This document shows positions 8,954 to 18,965 of a stretch of DNA of 64,000 nucleotides, piece after piece. The notes under the pieces were generated by a model that searched no databases, had not been told where the DNA came from, and saw only the letters and a program-made list of their open reading frames with translations. Position 1 is the stretch's first letter; every line of letters starts with the position of its first letter. Made by a program: the position numbers and the translations under genes. The stretch is from an uncultured Christensenella sp. Its GTDB lineage: Bacteria > Bacillota > Clostridia > Christensenellales > UBA1242. The DNA lies in assembly GCA_964564685.1 (NCBI GenBank), contig CAZMBC010000002.1:71170-135169 (forward strand), written 5' to 3'.

Positions 8954-10233
8954 TGTTTATACAAAGTATTATTGATAAAAAAAGAAGTGGCCTTGTGCTT
9001 TCTAAAGACGAAATTGATTTTGCTATTTCGGGCTATGTTAATGGTGAGGTTTTAGATGAGCAAATGAGTGCGCTACTTATGGCAATAATGATTAACGGGA
9101 TGAATATTAAGGAAATATATAACCTTACAAAGGCCATGCAGAATAGTGGCAAAACTTACACTTTTCCGTTTGAGGTGGCAGATAAGCATTCTAGTGGCGG
9201 GGTCAGCGATTCAACAACGCTTATTTTACTTCCAACATTAAGCGCCTTAAATGTTAAAGTTGCAAAAATGAGTGGCAAGTCGCTAGGCTTTACGGGCGGA
9301 ACAATTGATAAAGTTGCGATGTTTAAAGGCTTTAACACAGAGCTTAACCAAACGGAGTTTAAAACCGCTTTAAACAATGTGGGTGGTGCGCTTATTAGTC
9401 AAAGTGAAGAGATTGCACTAGCGGATAAAAAAATATATGCCTTGCGCGATAGGTGCGCGTGTGTGGAAAGCATTCCGTTAATTGCATCATCCATTATGAG
9501 CAAAAAATTGGCATCCGGTGGCAATACTATTCTTTTAGATGTTAAGTGCGGAAAGGGTGCTTTTATGAAGGATAGGCATTCTGCAATTAAACTTGCCAAA
9601 ACTATGGTTAAAATTGGCAAAATGGACGGAAAAAACATCCGAGCTGTGGTTAGTAATATGAACACACCTTTAAGTGCTGGTATAGGATGTGCACAGGAGG
9701 TTTACTGTGTAATAAAGGCGCTAAATAGAGAGGATAGTGACCTATTGGAGCTAAGTAAAATCCTTTCTGCACATTTATATTCCATGTGCGAATGTGTTGA
9801 TTATACTTCAGCATACAACGAGGTTTGTAGAACGATAAACAGCGGAAAGACAAAGAACAAACTTATGCAAATTGTTAAAAATCAGGGTGGAGAGTTAGTT
9901 AATTTTGAAAATCCTGAACAATTGCTTTATTCAAAAGTTATAACACCAGTTATTAATGATACTAAAAGCGGATATATATCTAAAATTGATGCGCTTGTGA
10001 TGGCAAAAGTGCAAAAATATCTGCAAGAATCCGCCCCTGAAAGATACAAGTGCTTATGCGGAATTATGCTTAGTATAGGTGTGGGACAACGTGTAGAGCG
10101 GGGGCAGGAGTTAGCAAAACTATATTCAGCAAATGAGGTTGCACCTGAAATTCTTGACTTGTTTTTAAGTGGAATTACTGTTTCGGGTAAGCCCGTACGA
10201 AAAGAAAAATTAATTTTAAAGGTTATTAAATAA
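8953..10233 (+). CDS. pdp: Pyrimidine-nucleoside/thymidine phosphorylase
   Basis: DKHSSGGVSD, KMSGKSLGFTGGTIDK, YALRD, SIMSKKLA. Confidence 0.9.
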   Translation: MFIQSIIDKKRSGLVLSKDEIDFAISGYVNGEVLDEQMSALLMAIMINGMNIKEIYNLTKAMQNSGKTYTFPFEVADKHSSGGVSDSTTLILLPTLSALNVKVAKMSGKSLGFTGGTIDKVAMFKGFNTELNQTEFKTALNNVGGALISQSEEIALADKKIYALRDRCACVESIPLIASSIMSKKLASGGNTILLDVKCGKGAFMKDRHSAIKLAKTMVKIGKMDGKNIRAVVSNMNTPLSAGIGCAQEVYCVIKALNREDSDLLELSKILSAHLYSMCECVDYTSAYNEVCRTINSGKTKNKLMQIVKNQGGELVNFENPEQLLYSKVITPVINDTKSGYISKIDALVMAKVQKYLQESAPERYKCLCGIMLSIGVGQRVERGQELAKLYSANEVAPEILDLFLSGITVSGKPVRKEKLILKVIK

Positions 10234-10250
10234 CCAAATTTGAGGATGAT

Positions 10251-10679
10251 ATGACACAGCAATGCATTGTTAATAATATTAATGAAACAAAAAAGCTGGC
10301 TAAAAAGTTTGCAAAAACCTTAGTTGGCGGAACGCGCATACTTTTAAATGGCGATTTGGGTGCAGGTAAAACTACATTTGCTCGCTTTTTGGCAAAGGCG
10401 CTAGGTGTTAAGGATGAGGTTACTTCACCAACTTTTACTATTATGAAAGAATATCAGGGAAAGCGCTATAAGTTGTTTCATTTCGACATGTATCGTTTAA
10501 GTGGTGGAAGTGAGGCAAGTGAGTTTGGATTTGAGGACTACATTTACAATGTGGATTACAATGCGATTGTAATTATAGAATGGAGTGAGCGTGTTCAGGA
10601 TGTTATAAAGGGCGATTTTATTACTATTAATATTGAGAGTCTGGGTGATACTAAAAGGAAAATTACTATCGAAAGATAG
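10251..10679 (+). CDS. tsaE: t6A biosynthesis ATPase TsaE
   Basis: GDLGAGKTTF, TSPTF, HFDMYRL, IEW. Confidence 0.96.
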   Translation: MTQQCIVNNINETKKLAKKFAKTLVGGTRILLNGDLGAGKTTFARFLAKALGVKDEVTSPTFTIMKEYQGKRYKLFHFDMYRLSGGSEASEFGFEDYIYNVDYNAIVIIEWSERVQDVIKGDFITINIESLGDTKRKITIER

Positions 10680-10697
10680 CATGATACGAGGGATAAT

Positions 10698-11333
10698 ATG
10701 AATATTTTAGGAATAGATACAACAAAAAAACAAGCGCTTATTTTTGGCGTTTTAAACGATAACAAAGTTGTTCACGAGTTGCAGTCTTATGAAAAGCATA
10801 GCGAACACTTGCTTGAGCATATTGAAGAGGTTTTAAGTAATAATGGACTTAAAGTTAAAGATATTGATGTGTTTGCCAACATTAGCGGGCCAGGTTCGTT
10901 TACGGGTATAAGAATAGGTTTAACCACAATCAAGGCGCTTAATTTTCCTTTTAATAAAAAAATAATTAACATAAGTGTTTTTGACGCGTTAAAAAATGTG
11001 ATTAAAAACGGATTACTACTTTTGGAGTGTACAAGCACCAGCGTATATTTTTGCGAATTTTTATCTGGCAAAGTTAAAAAATATGGCGTTTGGAATTTAA
11101 CAGATATTCTAGAAAATGTTGAAGAGCAAGAGATATTTGTATTAAAGCAGGAACAAATACAATTATCTAATTCATATAAAGTTAATGTAATTGAAAATTA
11201 TTCTGAACACGTGTTACAGGCTATTGTTAATGAGGTTGGTTCGGGTAATTTTTGCGACAATTGTGTTCCATTTTACATCGCGCTTTCGCAGGCAGAAAAA
11301 AACTTGTTAGCTAAGGAAAAGTCCAATGATTAG
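10698..11333 (+). CDS. tsaB: t6A biosynthesis protein TsaB
   Basis: MNILGIDT, HSEHL, GPGSFTGIRIG. Confidence 0.93.
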   Translation: MNILGIDTTKKQALIFGVLNDNKVVHELQSYEKHSEHLLEHIEEVLSNNGLKVKDIDVFANISGPGSFTGIRIGLTTIKALNFPFNKKIINISVFDALKNVIKNGLLLLECTSTSVYFCEFLSGKVKKYGVWNLTDILENVEEQEIFVLKQEQIQLSNSYKVNVIENYSEHVLQAIVNEVGSGNFCDNCVPFYIALSQAEKNLLAKEKSND

Positions 11334-11760
11334 AAAAGCAACCACGCAAGATGCGGAAAAAATTTTTGAGTTAGAAAAAAAATTGTTTATGGATTTTTAT
11401 TCATTGCAAACAATAACGAGTGACATTGCAAATAAAAACAACATTTACTTTGTTTACGAGTTGGCTGGCGACCTCATTGGTTATGCACTAGTTAGTTATA
11501 TATTTGAAGAGGGTAACCTTGCTAAAATAGCTGTTGACCCTGCTTTTCAAAGACGGGGAATTGCCAGCGAGCTTTATATGGCCTGCGAAAAGGAATGTAA
11601 AAAAAAGGGTGTTTCAAAACTCTATTTAGAGGTTAGTGAAAAAAACGAGCCCGCAATTTCACTTTACAAAAAACTTGGATTTACAAAGGAATGGGTTAGG
11701 TCAAAATATTATTCTGACCTTTCTGATGCTATTATTTTAGAAAAGAAAATACAAGGTTAG
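11326..11760 (+). CDS. rimI: RimI-like GNAT acetyltransferase
   Basis: IAVDPAFQRRGIA, LEVSEKN, AISLYKKLGF, RSKYY; position after tsaB. Confidence 0.88.
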   Translation: MIRKATTQDAEKIFELEKKLFMDFYSLQTITSDIANKNNIYFVYELAGDLIGYALVSYIFEEGNLAKIAVDPAFQRRGIASELYMACEKECKKKGVSKLYLEVSEKNEPAISLYKKLGFTKEWVRSKYYSDLSDAIILEKKIQG

Positions 11761-11766
11761 AAATTT

Positions 11767-12492
11767 GTGCTTAATTATCCTTTAAATTACAAAATTATTG
11801 GCAAAGGACAAAAAACTGTTCTTTTTTTGCACGGCTATGGCGGAAGCATTGATAGCTTTTTGCCCGTTGCACAAACACTTGCCAAAACACATAAGTTGAT
11901 TTTGGTGGATATGTATGGCTTTGGGAAAACTGCTTATCCTAATCGCGTTATGGATACATATGATTATGCGCTTTCAATTTATTTACTGCTTCAGCAACTT
12001 AACATAAACGAAGTTAGTATTGTTTCACATTCGTTTGGAGGAAGATTGGCGCTAGTGCTGTCTAGTATGTTCAATCTTAATATAAGCAAAATGGTGCTAG
12101 TGGGCTGTGCAGGATTAAAACCTCATCGAGGAATAAGTTATTATTACAAAGTTCTGAAATATAAACTATATAAAAAATTTGAAAAATTTAAACTTGTTAA
12201 GCCAAAAACTCTAAATAAATTTGGAAGTGAGGAATATAGAAAATTAAACGCATTACAAAAACGCAGTTATGTAAAAATTGTTAATCAAAATTTATTTTAT
12301 TTACTTAAATATATTAAAACCAATACGTTGTTGGTGTGGGGAACTAATGATAAAAGTACACCTATTTATATGGCTAAAACTTTAAAGAAGCATATAAAAA
12401 ATAGTGGGATTGTACTATATCAAAATAGTTCCCATTTTTGTTATTTAGAAAATTTTGTTAATTTTTGCGCAGTTTTGCATAGTTTTTTATAA
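11767..12492 (+). CDS. Alpha/beta hydrolase
   Basis: FLHGYGG, nucleophile SHSFGG, VWGTND, C-terminal SHF. Confidence 0.88.
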   Translation: MLNYPLNYKIIGKGQKTVLFLHGYGGSIDSFLPVAQTLAKTHKLILVDMYGFGKTAYPNRVMDTYDYALSIYLLLQQLNINEVSIVSHSFGGRLALVLSSMFNLNISKMVLVGCAGLKPHRGISYYYKVLKYKLYKKFEKFKLVKPKTLNKFGSEEYRKLNALQKRSYVKIVNQNLFYLLKYIKTNTLLVWGTNDKSTPIYMAKTLKKHIKNSGIVLYQNSSHFCYLENFVNFCAVLHSFL

Positions 12493-12507
12493 CTTTTTGA
12501 GGTTAAA

Positions 12508-14082
12508 ATGTTTTATTTTTATATTCCTTTTAGTTTAACGCTTGTTATGTTTAGTTATATATTTATAACTACAATATTGCATTGTTATCAACTAGAGGCG
12601 TATAATATTAAGGCTACAACTAAAAATATTGTTAAGCAATTTAAAGTGGGTGATATAATTGTTTATATTACTGCTGCGTTATTATTTTACTTATTGTTTT
12701 TTGCTATAGATAATTTTGTTTTTAAAGTTGTTTGGATAAGTTTGTTTAACTTTTTATTTTTTGTGTATTTAATAAGTTTTTTACCGGAGGATACTGGTGT
12801 TAAACTTCCACTTAAGTTTACAAAGCGAGTAATAAGGTTTTTGGTAATTTATTTTGTGCTTTTATTGGCTTGTTATATCTTGCTTGGATTTTGTATGCCA
12901 AGCGCAATAATTTACAATTCGCTTTTTAATTTAATTCCTATCATTGGCGTGATTGTATTTTATTTGTCACACTTTATTGCAATTCCAATCGAAAAGTGTA
13001 TATACTTGTTCTACTTAAACAAAAGCAAGTCGTTGCTTAACAAACGTGGTGATTTAATTAAAATTGGCATTACGGGAAGTTTTGGCAAAACCTCAACAAA
13101 GTTTATGTTGCAAACTATTTTAAGCGAGAAATATAGTGTTTTGGCAACGCCTAATAGTTTTAACACTCCAATGGGTATTTCTAAAACGGTTTTGACTGAT
13201 TTAAAAAATAATCATCAGATTTTTATAATGGAAATGGGTGCAAATAGAGTTGGCGACATAAAGTATTTATGCAGGGCATTTAAGCCTCAAATAGGCATGC
13301 TAACCAGCATTGGGAAGTGTCACCTTGAAACATTTAAAACTCCACAAAATATCATCTCTACAAAGTGCGAACTGCCTGAAAATCTGTACGATTCAAAACT
13401 TATGGTTTTTAACGGCAATGATAAAAACATTGTTAAATACGCAAATAAATATAGAGGTAACAAAATAATTATTGCTGATGATGGTGAGTTGTATGCTGAA
13501 AATATTGTTACAAGCGTAAAAGGCACTAGTTTTGATGTGTATTACAAGCAAGAGTACTTTTTAACAGCCAAAACAAAATTAATTGGAGAACATAATGTAA
13601 ACAATATATTACTTTGTGTTGGTGTTGCAATATTTTTGGGACTATCTAAACAACAAATTATTAGGGGAATATGTAAAATAGAAAGCACAAAAAACCGTTT
13701 GGAACTGATAACAAACAGCAAGGGCGTGACATTTTTAAATGATTCGTATAACAGTAATCCTAATGGATGTGAAGTAGCTCTTAAAACATTAGCACTATTT
13801 AATGGTAAAAACAAAATAGTTATTACGCCCGGAATGGTTGAATTGGGGGATGACCAATATAAAGAGAATTATAAATTTGGAAAACAAATTAGCAAGGTCG
13901 CTAATAAGGTTTATATTGTTAACAATGTGAATAAGGAAGCACTTTGCAACGGTTTGTTTGATGGTAATTTTGATTTTAATAACCTTGTTAAAGTTTCTAG
14001 TTTTAATAAAATTGATTTTGCGAAATTTACTAATGATGATGTTATTTTAATAGAAAACGATTTACCAGATAATTACAAATAA
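12508..14082 (+). CDS. murF: MurF ligase with N-terminal multi-TM extension
   Basis: GITGSFGKTSTK, SFNTPMG, IMEMGA, NDSYNSNP, ITPGMVELG; the first ~170 aa are hydrophobic. Confidence 0.88.
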   Translation: MFYFYIPFSLTLVMFSYIFITTILHCYQLEAYNIKATTKNIVKQFKVGDIIVYITAALLFYLLFFAIDNFVFKVVWISLFNFLFFVYLISFLPEDTGVKLPLKFTKRVIRFLVIYFVLLLACYILLGFCMPSAIIYNSLFNLIPIIGVIVFYLSHFIAIPIEKCIYLFYLNKSKSLLNKRGDLIKIGITGSFGKTSTKFMLQTILSEKYSVLATPNSFNTPMGISKTVLTDLKNNHQIFIMEMGANRVGDIKYLCRAFKPQIGMLTSIGKCHLETFKTPQNIISTKCELPENLYDSKLMVFNGNDKNIVKYANKYRGNKIIIADDGELYAENIVTSVKGTSFDVYYKQEYFLTAKTKLIGEHNVNNILLCVGVAIFLGLSKQQIIRGICKIESTKNRLELITNSKGVTFLNDSYNSNPNGCEVALKTLALFNGKNKIVITPGMVELGDDQYKENYKFGKQISKVANKVYIVNNVNKEALCNGLFDGNFDFNNLVKVSSFNKIDFAKFTNDDVILIENDLPDNYK

Positions 14083-14092
14083 TGGGGGAAGC

Positions 14093-15235
14093 ATGAAAAA
14101 AAATATACTAGTAATTTTTGGCGGTAAAAGTTGTGAACATGATATTTCAATTATCTCTGCTATGCAAGTCGTCAAAAGCATGGATGAATATTTATACAAT
14201 ATTTTACCGATATACATAACTAAAGAGGGCAAATTTTGTTTTGTGAAAAACTTTAAAAAATTAAATTTGGCAACCGAAAAAATAAATACAAAAAAACAGG
14301 TCGCCCTTGTTGGAGGCAGTAATTACTTACATAAAAAAAATTTGTTTGCCAGCTTTAAAAAATGGAAAAAAATTGATAGCGCAATAATTGTTATGCATGG
14401 CAAAAATGGTGAGGACGGAACGCTATCTGCACTTTTAAATTTGTGTGAAATTCCATACACGGCAAGTGACATTACGCCCAGTGCATTGTGTTTAGATAAA
14501 AGCATGTTTAAGGGTTATTTAAAAAGCTGTGATTTGCCTGTTATTGACGGCATAAGTATAACTGAAAAAGAGTTTTTTTCTGATACAAAAAAAGTTTTGG
14601 AAATGGTTGAAAAAGAAGTTGGTTTGCCATGCATAATCAAACCATCGAATTTAGGAAGTAGTATTGGGATTAAAGTTTGTAGTAAAAAGCATGATTTGGC
14701 AAATTTTATAGAAAATGCTTTGAAATTTGATAAAAAAGTGCTAATTGAAGAATATTTAAGCAATATTAAAGAAATTAATGTTGCTATTTTTAATAAAAAT
14801 GACGAACTAATTGTGTCTAATTTGGAACAGCCGATTTCATCGGATGATATACTTTCGTTTAACAATAAATATATAAATAGCAGTGAAAAGGGCGGGGATT
14901 TTCTAAAGAAAAAAGCAACACCTAAAATTCCTAAAAAAATTGCACAGGAAATTATTGATATTGCAAAAAAATGCTATATATGTTGTGGATTTAAGGGGGT
15001 TGTTAGATTTGATTTTATTTTGGATGAAAATAATAATGTTTTTATAAACGAAGCAAACTCTATACCTGGGTCGTTGGCGCATTATTTGTTTAAAGATAAA
15101 GGAATAGATTTTACATCATTGTTAAATATGCTTATTGAACAATCAGTTGTTGATTATGAAAAAGAAAATAGGCTTATAAACTATTTTGAAAGTAGTGTAT
15201 TAAAAGGAATTAATTTTAATAAATTTAATAAATAA
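14093..15235 (+). CDS. ddl: D-alanine--D-alanine ligase
   Basis: FGGKSCEHDIS, MHGKNGEDG, GSSIG, omega-loop KY, NEANSIPG. Confidence 0.92.
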   Translation: MKKNILVIFGGKSCEHDISIISAMQVVKSMDEYLYNILPIYITKEGKFCFVKNFKKLNLATEKINTKKQVALVGGSNYLHKKNLFASFKKWKKIDSAIIVMHGKNGEDGTLSALLNLCEIPYTASDITPSALCLDKSMFKGYLKSCDLPVIDGISITEKEFFSDTKKVLEMVEKEVGLPCIIKPSNLGSSIGIKVCSKKHDLANFIENALKFDKKVLIEEYLSNIKEINVAIFNKNDELIVSNLEQPISSDDILSFNNKYINSSEKGGDFLKKKATPKIPKKIAQEIIDIAKKCYICCGFKGVVRFDFILDENNNVFINEANSIPGSLAHYLFKDKGIDFTSLLNMLIEQSVVDYEKENRLINYFESSVLKGINFNKFNK

Positions 15236-15283
15236 ATTTGTAATTTGTGTATTAATAAAAATACAAAATATGGAATTAATATA

Positions 15284-15320
15284 CAAAAATTACTTGCTAG
15301 TTAATGGCAAGTAATTTTTG
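15284..15320. terminator. 14-bp perfect inverted repeat overlapping the stop of the HTH gene; probable terminator between convergent genes
   Basis: CAAAAATTACTTGC-N9-GCAAGTAATTTTTG. Confidence 0.65.
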
Positions 15321-15617
15321 TTGTATTGATTTTTGCAATTCTTTGTTTTTTATGTGGCTTGTAACGGTTATTAACGTCATTTTCTCTTGAACAGTAAAAA
15401 ACATATTGTTAAGTTTAAAAGTGTTGTAAATTGAAATTCCACCACCTTTGCCACATTTTGTTTCAATTGGAATCCCGCAGGAATCAAGAATAAACGTGTA
15501 GCGATAGATTGTACGAGTTGAAACGCAAAATTTGCTGGCAAGCTCGTTTGCTGAAACTGTGCCACGATGGAGCAGTGTTAGTATTATGCCCAAAAGAATA
15601 TCTAATTTTAATTTCAT
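15297..15617 (-). CDS. YafY/YobV-like winged HTH protein lacking WYL/WCX domains
   Basis: VSANELASKFCVSTRTIYRY...GIPIETKCGKGGGI matches the YafY N-terminus; ends at 106 aa; RBS GAGGTGG. Confidence 0.8.
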   Translation of the reverse strand: MKLKLDILLGIILTLLHRGTVSANELASKFCVSTRTIYRYTFILDSCGIPIETKCGKGGGISIYNTFKLNNMFFTVQEKMTLITVTSHIKNKELQKSIQQKLLAIN

Positions 15618-15646
15618 TTTCTATCCACCTCTTCAATGATGGCAAT

Positions 15647-15686
15647 AGTATAACACAAATTTTTATATTAATCAAACAAATGTTCG
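15647..15686 (-). promoter_or_regulatory. Sigma-A promoter with a LexA-type SOS box overlapping the -35
   Basis: Minus strand: TTGATT-N17-TATACT (extended TG); CGAAC-ATTT-GTTTG at 15686-15673. Confidence 0.65.
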
Positions 15687-15699
15687 ATAAAATATGCTT

Positions 15700-16740
15700 T
15701 TATTTTGAATATCTTAATAATTCTTTTAAAATGATATCAGTGCCATTTGAAAAGGTGTATCTGTTCATGTTGTGTTTAAGTTCACTTGAAGTTTGCTTTA
15801 GGTAATTTATTTCATTAATTAAATTTTGTTCCGTTAAATCTTCTTGGTACAATACATGCGCAAAACCATTCTTATGAAAATAGTTTGCATTTAAGATTTG
15901 GTCTCCACGCGAATTCGATTTTGGAAGAGGAATAAGCAGCATGGGTTTTTTAAGGGTTAAAAACTCAAAAATTGCGTTGCTTCCACTGCGAGAAACCACA
16001 TAATCAGCTAGGGCCAATAAATCCTCAATGTGTGTGCTGTATTCAATCTGAAAGTAATTTTGATGTTTTAAAGTGGTGTAATTTTTACCGGTAATATGTA
16101 TAACATTATTGGATTTGCATAGCTTAGGTACGCATTTGTAAACAATTTCATTAATTGCTTTAGCTCCTAAGCTTCCGCCAACAAATAAAACGCACGGCAA
16201 ATTATTGTTAATTTTTAATTCAGATTTTGCTTTATTTTTGTTTCCTGAAAATATTTCTGCACGAATTGGTGGGCCTGACAATTTCCCTTTTTTATATTTT
16301 TTAGCTGTGTCATCAAATGAAAAAAACATTGTATTTGCTTTTTTGTATATTATTTTGTTTGCAAGTCCCATGGTGTAGTCGCTTTCATGTGCGTACACTG
16401 GAATGTTTTTGCTTGCTAAAACTACCGGCACGCTAACATAACCACCCTTAGAAAAAATGACATTTGGGGAAATTTCTTTTAAAATTTTTTTACATTGCTT
16501 AATACTTTTTGCAAGCTTAAAAGGAATAGCTAGGTTTTTAAGCGTTAAACTGCGAACTAATTTTACGCTAGATATTTCGTGATATTTTACATAGGGATAA
16601 TTTGCAAGTAGTTTTTTTTCTAAGCCGTCCGTACCAATATAGTGAATCTCATCAAAATTTTGTTTTAATGTTGGAAGTAGGGCTATGTTTGGCATAATAT
16701 GGCCTGCTGTTCCGCCACCGCATAATACAATTTTACTCAT
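15700..16740 (-). CDS. murG: Lipid II GlcNAc transferase MurG
   Basis: GGGTAGHIMP, GGYVS, HESD, GGSLGA, RSGSN, DQILNA. Confidence 0.95.
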   Translation of the reverse strand: MSKIVLCGGGTAGHIMPNIALLPTLKQNFDEIHYIGTDGLEKKLLANYPYVKYHEISSVKLVRSLTLKNLAIPFKLAKSIKQCKKILKEISPNVIFSKGGYVSVPVVLASKNIPVYAHESDYTMGLANKIIYKKANTMFFSFDDTAKKYKKGKLSGPPIRAEIFSGNKNKAKSELKINNNLPCVLFVGGSLGAKAINEIVYKCVPKLCKSNNVIHITGKNYTTLKHQNYFQIEYSTHIEDLLALADYVVSRSGSNAIFEFLTLKKPMLLIPLPKSNSRGDQILNANYFHKNGFAHVLYQEDLTEQNLINEINYLKQTSSELKHNMNRYTFSNGTDIILKELLRYSK

Positions 16741-16939
16741 GTTGCCTCCTTAAAATTATTCTATGTTTTTTGTACTAATAATATTTTATTTTTTGCAAAA
16801 CTATAACTATAGAACATTACACCGTTTATAAAAAACATAACTGAAATTATTATTGGAGTGAGTAAGTTTTTATTTATAAACATACACCAAAAAGAATAAA
16901 TATTCATAAAAATTACTTTTTGTAACTTTTTATTTTAAT

Positions 16940-16969
16940 TTTACATAATTTGTTCGATTATGGTATAAT
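16940..16969 (+). promoter_or_regulatory. Sigma-A promoter for parEC
   Basis: TTTACA-N18-TATAAT with extended TG. Confidence 0.5.
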
Positions 16970-17002
16970 CAAAGGGAAAATGTGACTAATGGAAGGTGAA
17001 TT

Positions 17003-18955
17003 TTGAGTAGTACGTATAATAGTAAAAATATAGTCGTTTTAGAAGGATTAGATGCTGTGCGCCTGCGCCCAGGAATGTATATTGGCACAACAGGCGAAAA
17101 AGGATTGCATCACCTGCTGTGGGAGATAGTTGACAACGCTATTGACGAGGTTGCAAATGGTTTTGGTAATGCAATTAAGGTGACCTTACACACGGATAAT
17201 TCAATTACTGTTGAGGATAACGGTCGCGGTATACCTGTAGATAAGCACCCAACACTTAAAGTTAGCGGTGTAGAGGTTGTTTTTACACAATTACATGCTG
17301 GCGGAAAATTTGATAATAGCAACTATGCGTATTCTGGCGGACTACATGGTGTAGGTGCAAGCGTTACAAATGCGTTATCTGAATGGCTTAAGGTAGAAGT
17401 TCATAAGGACGGCGGTAAATACTGTATGGAATTTGGTGCGGTTGAAAAGGGTAAAAAAGTAATTGGTGGCGTGCCAAAAACTCCGCTAAAACTTGTTGGA
17501 AAAACTGATTTGCATGGAACTATAATAACTTTTAAACCTGACTCTAGGATATTTAAGGACGCTCATTTTGATATTAATACCATTGGAAAAAGGCTAAAAG
17601 AATTGGCATTTTTAAATAAAGGCGTGCTAATAACACTTGTAAACGAAAATGTTGTTATTGATGGTGTTTTTAAAACCTATGTGTATAATTATACGCAAGG
17701 ATTAAAGGATTACATGAATTACCTGAACAAAGGGAATGGCACTCTTTACAGTGAGCCTATATATTTTGAGGGCGAAAGTGACCTTGTGAAATTGTGCGCA
17801 TGCATACAACATACGGATGGTTATAATGAAAATATTTTTAGTTATGTAAACAACATTCCAACAGTAGAAGGAGGAACGCATGAAACTGGTTTAAAAACTG
17901 CAATTACAAGAGTGTTTAACGAAGCAGGTAGAGCCTTGGGTTTGATTAAGGAGAAAGAAAACAACCTTTTGGGTGAGGACTTTAGAGAAGGTATAACTAT
18001 TTTGCTTGCTATAAAGATGAAAAATGTTCAGTTTGAAGGGCAAACAAAAACTAAACTTGGAAACCCAGAGGCGAAAGCAGAAGTTGAAAATATAGCATAT
18101 GAGCAATTAACAAAATTTTGTGAAAATGTTAAGGCTAGTAAACAGATTATTACTGAGATAATTACAAAAGGAAAAAGCGCTGCAAAAGCGCGTGAGGCGG
18201 CAAAGCATGCCAAGGAGGCTTCGCGCAGAGCAGACAAAGCAGAAACATATAGCCTTGTGGGTAAGCTTGCAAGCTGTTCGGGTAAAAATCCGCTAATTAA
18301 TGAGGTGTTTATTGTAGAAGGAGACAGTGCAGGCGGAAGTGCAAAACAAGCGCGTGACAGAGCTTTTCAAGCAATTTTGCCTTTAAGGGGAAAACCGCTT
18401 AATGTAGAAAAAAAGCGTTTAAACCAGATACTAGATAACGAAGAAATTAGAACAATAATAAGCGCCTTGGGTACTGGACTTGGTAACAACTTTAACATAA
18501 ACAACCTTAAATATGATAAAGTAATTATTTTGGCTGATGCCGACCAAGACGGTGCACATATAAGGGCAATACTATTAACTTTCTTTTATAGATACATGCG
18601 GGAGCTTATCAGTGATGGGCATGTGTATGTTGGCATTGCACCATTGTATAAGGTATATAATAAGAATAAAGTTAGATATGTTTATGATGAAAATGACTAC
18701 GACAAAATAACGAAAGAAGTGGGCGCAGGCTATTCTGTTCAAAGATATAAAGGCTTGGGTGAAATGACTGCAGAACAACTTTGGGAAACCACTATGGATC
18801 CAGAAAAACGTGTACTTCTTCAAATAACACTAGATGATGTGGCAGAAGCAGAAAAAATGGTTACAACACTTATGGGCGATAATATTGAAGCGCGTAAGAA
18901 ATTTATAATAGAAAATGCAAACTTTAATAAGGTTTCAAATTACGAAAAGAAATAA
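17003..18955 (+). CDS. parE: Type IIA topoisomerase B subunit, most likely ParE
   Basis: EGLDAVRLRPGMYIG, SGGLHGVGAS (Ala as in ParE), EGDSAGG, PLRGK, DADQDG, RYKGLGEM. Confidence 0.8.
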   Translation: MSSTYNSKNIVVLEGLDAVRLRPGMYIGTTGEKGLHHLLWEIVDNAIDEVANGFGNAIKVTLHTDNSITVEDNGRGIPVDKHPTLKVSGVEVVFTQLHAGGKFDNSNYAYSGGLHGVGASVTNALSEWLKVEVHKDGGKYCMEFGAVEKGKKVIGGVPKTPLKLVGKTDLHGTIITFKPDSRIFKDAHFDINTIGKRLKELAFLNKGVLITLVNENVVIDGVFKTYVYNYTQGLKDYMNYLNKGNGTLYSEPIYFEGESDLVKLCACIQHTDGYNENIFSYVNNIPTVEGGTHETGLKTAITRVFNEAGRALGLIKEKENNLLGEDFREGITILLAIKMKNVQFEGQTKTKLGNPEAKAEVENIAYEQLTKFCENVKASKQIITEIITKGKSAAKAREAAKHAKEASRRADKAETYSLVGKLASCSGKNPLINEVFIVEGDSAGGSAKQARDRAFQAILPLRGKPLNVEKKRLNQILDNEEIRTIISALGTGLGNNFNINNLKYDKVIILADADQDGAHIRAILLTFFYRYMRELISDGHVYVGIAPLYKVYNKNKVRYVYDENDYDKITKEVGAGYSVQRYKGLGEMTAEQLWETTMDPEKRVLLQITLDDVAEAEKMVTTLMGDNIEARKKFIIENANFNKVSNYEKK

Positions 18956-18965
18956 AGAGGGTTAG

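Noticed and set aside
10251-11760. Absence of tsaD from the tsaE-tsaB-rimI cluster, and of prmA between dnaJ and rsmE
   Set aside because: Both genes are often relocated or lost; nothing can be concluded from one window.
14093-15235. VanA/VanB-like D-Ala-D-Lac ligase
   Set aside because: The omega loop keeps Lys-Tyr (NNKY) as in D-Ala-D-Ala ligases, and there are no vanH/vanX/vanRS neighbours.
16944-16956. LexA box in the parE promoter spacer
   Set aside because: Only one good half-site (CGAAC on the minus strand); the other half matches 1 of 4 positions.
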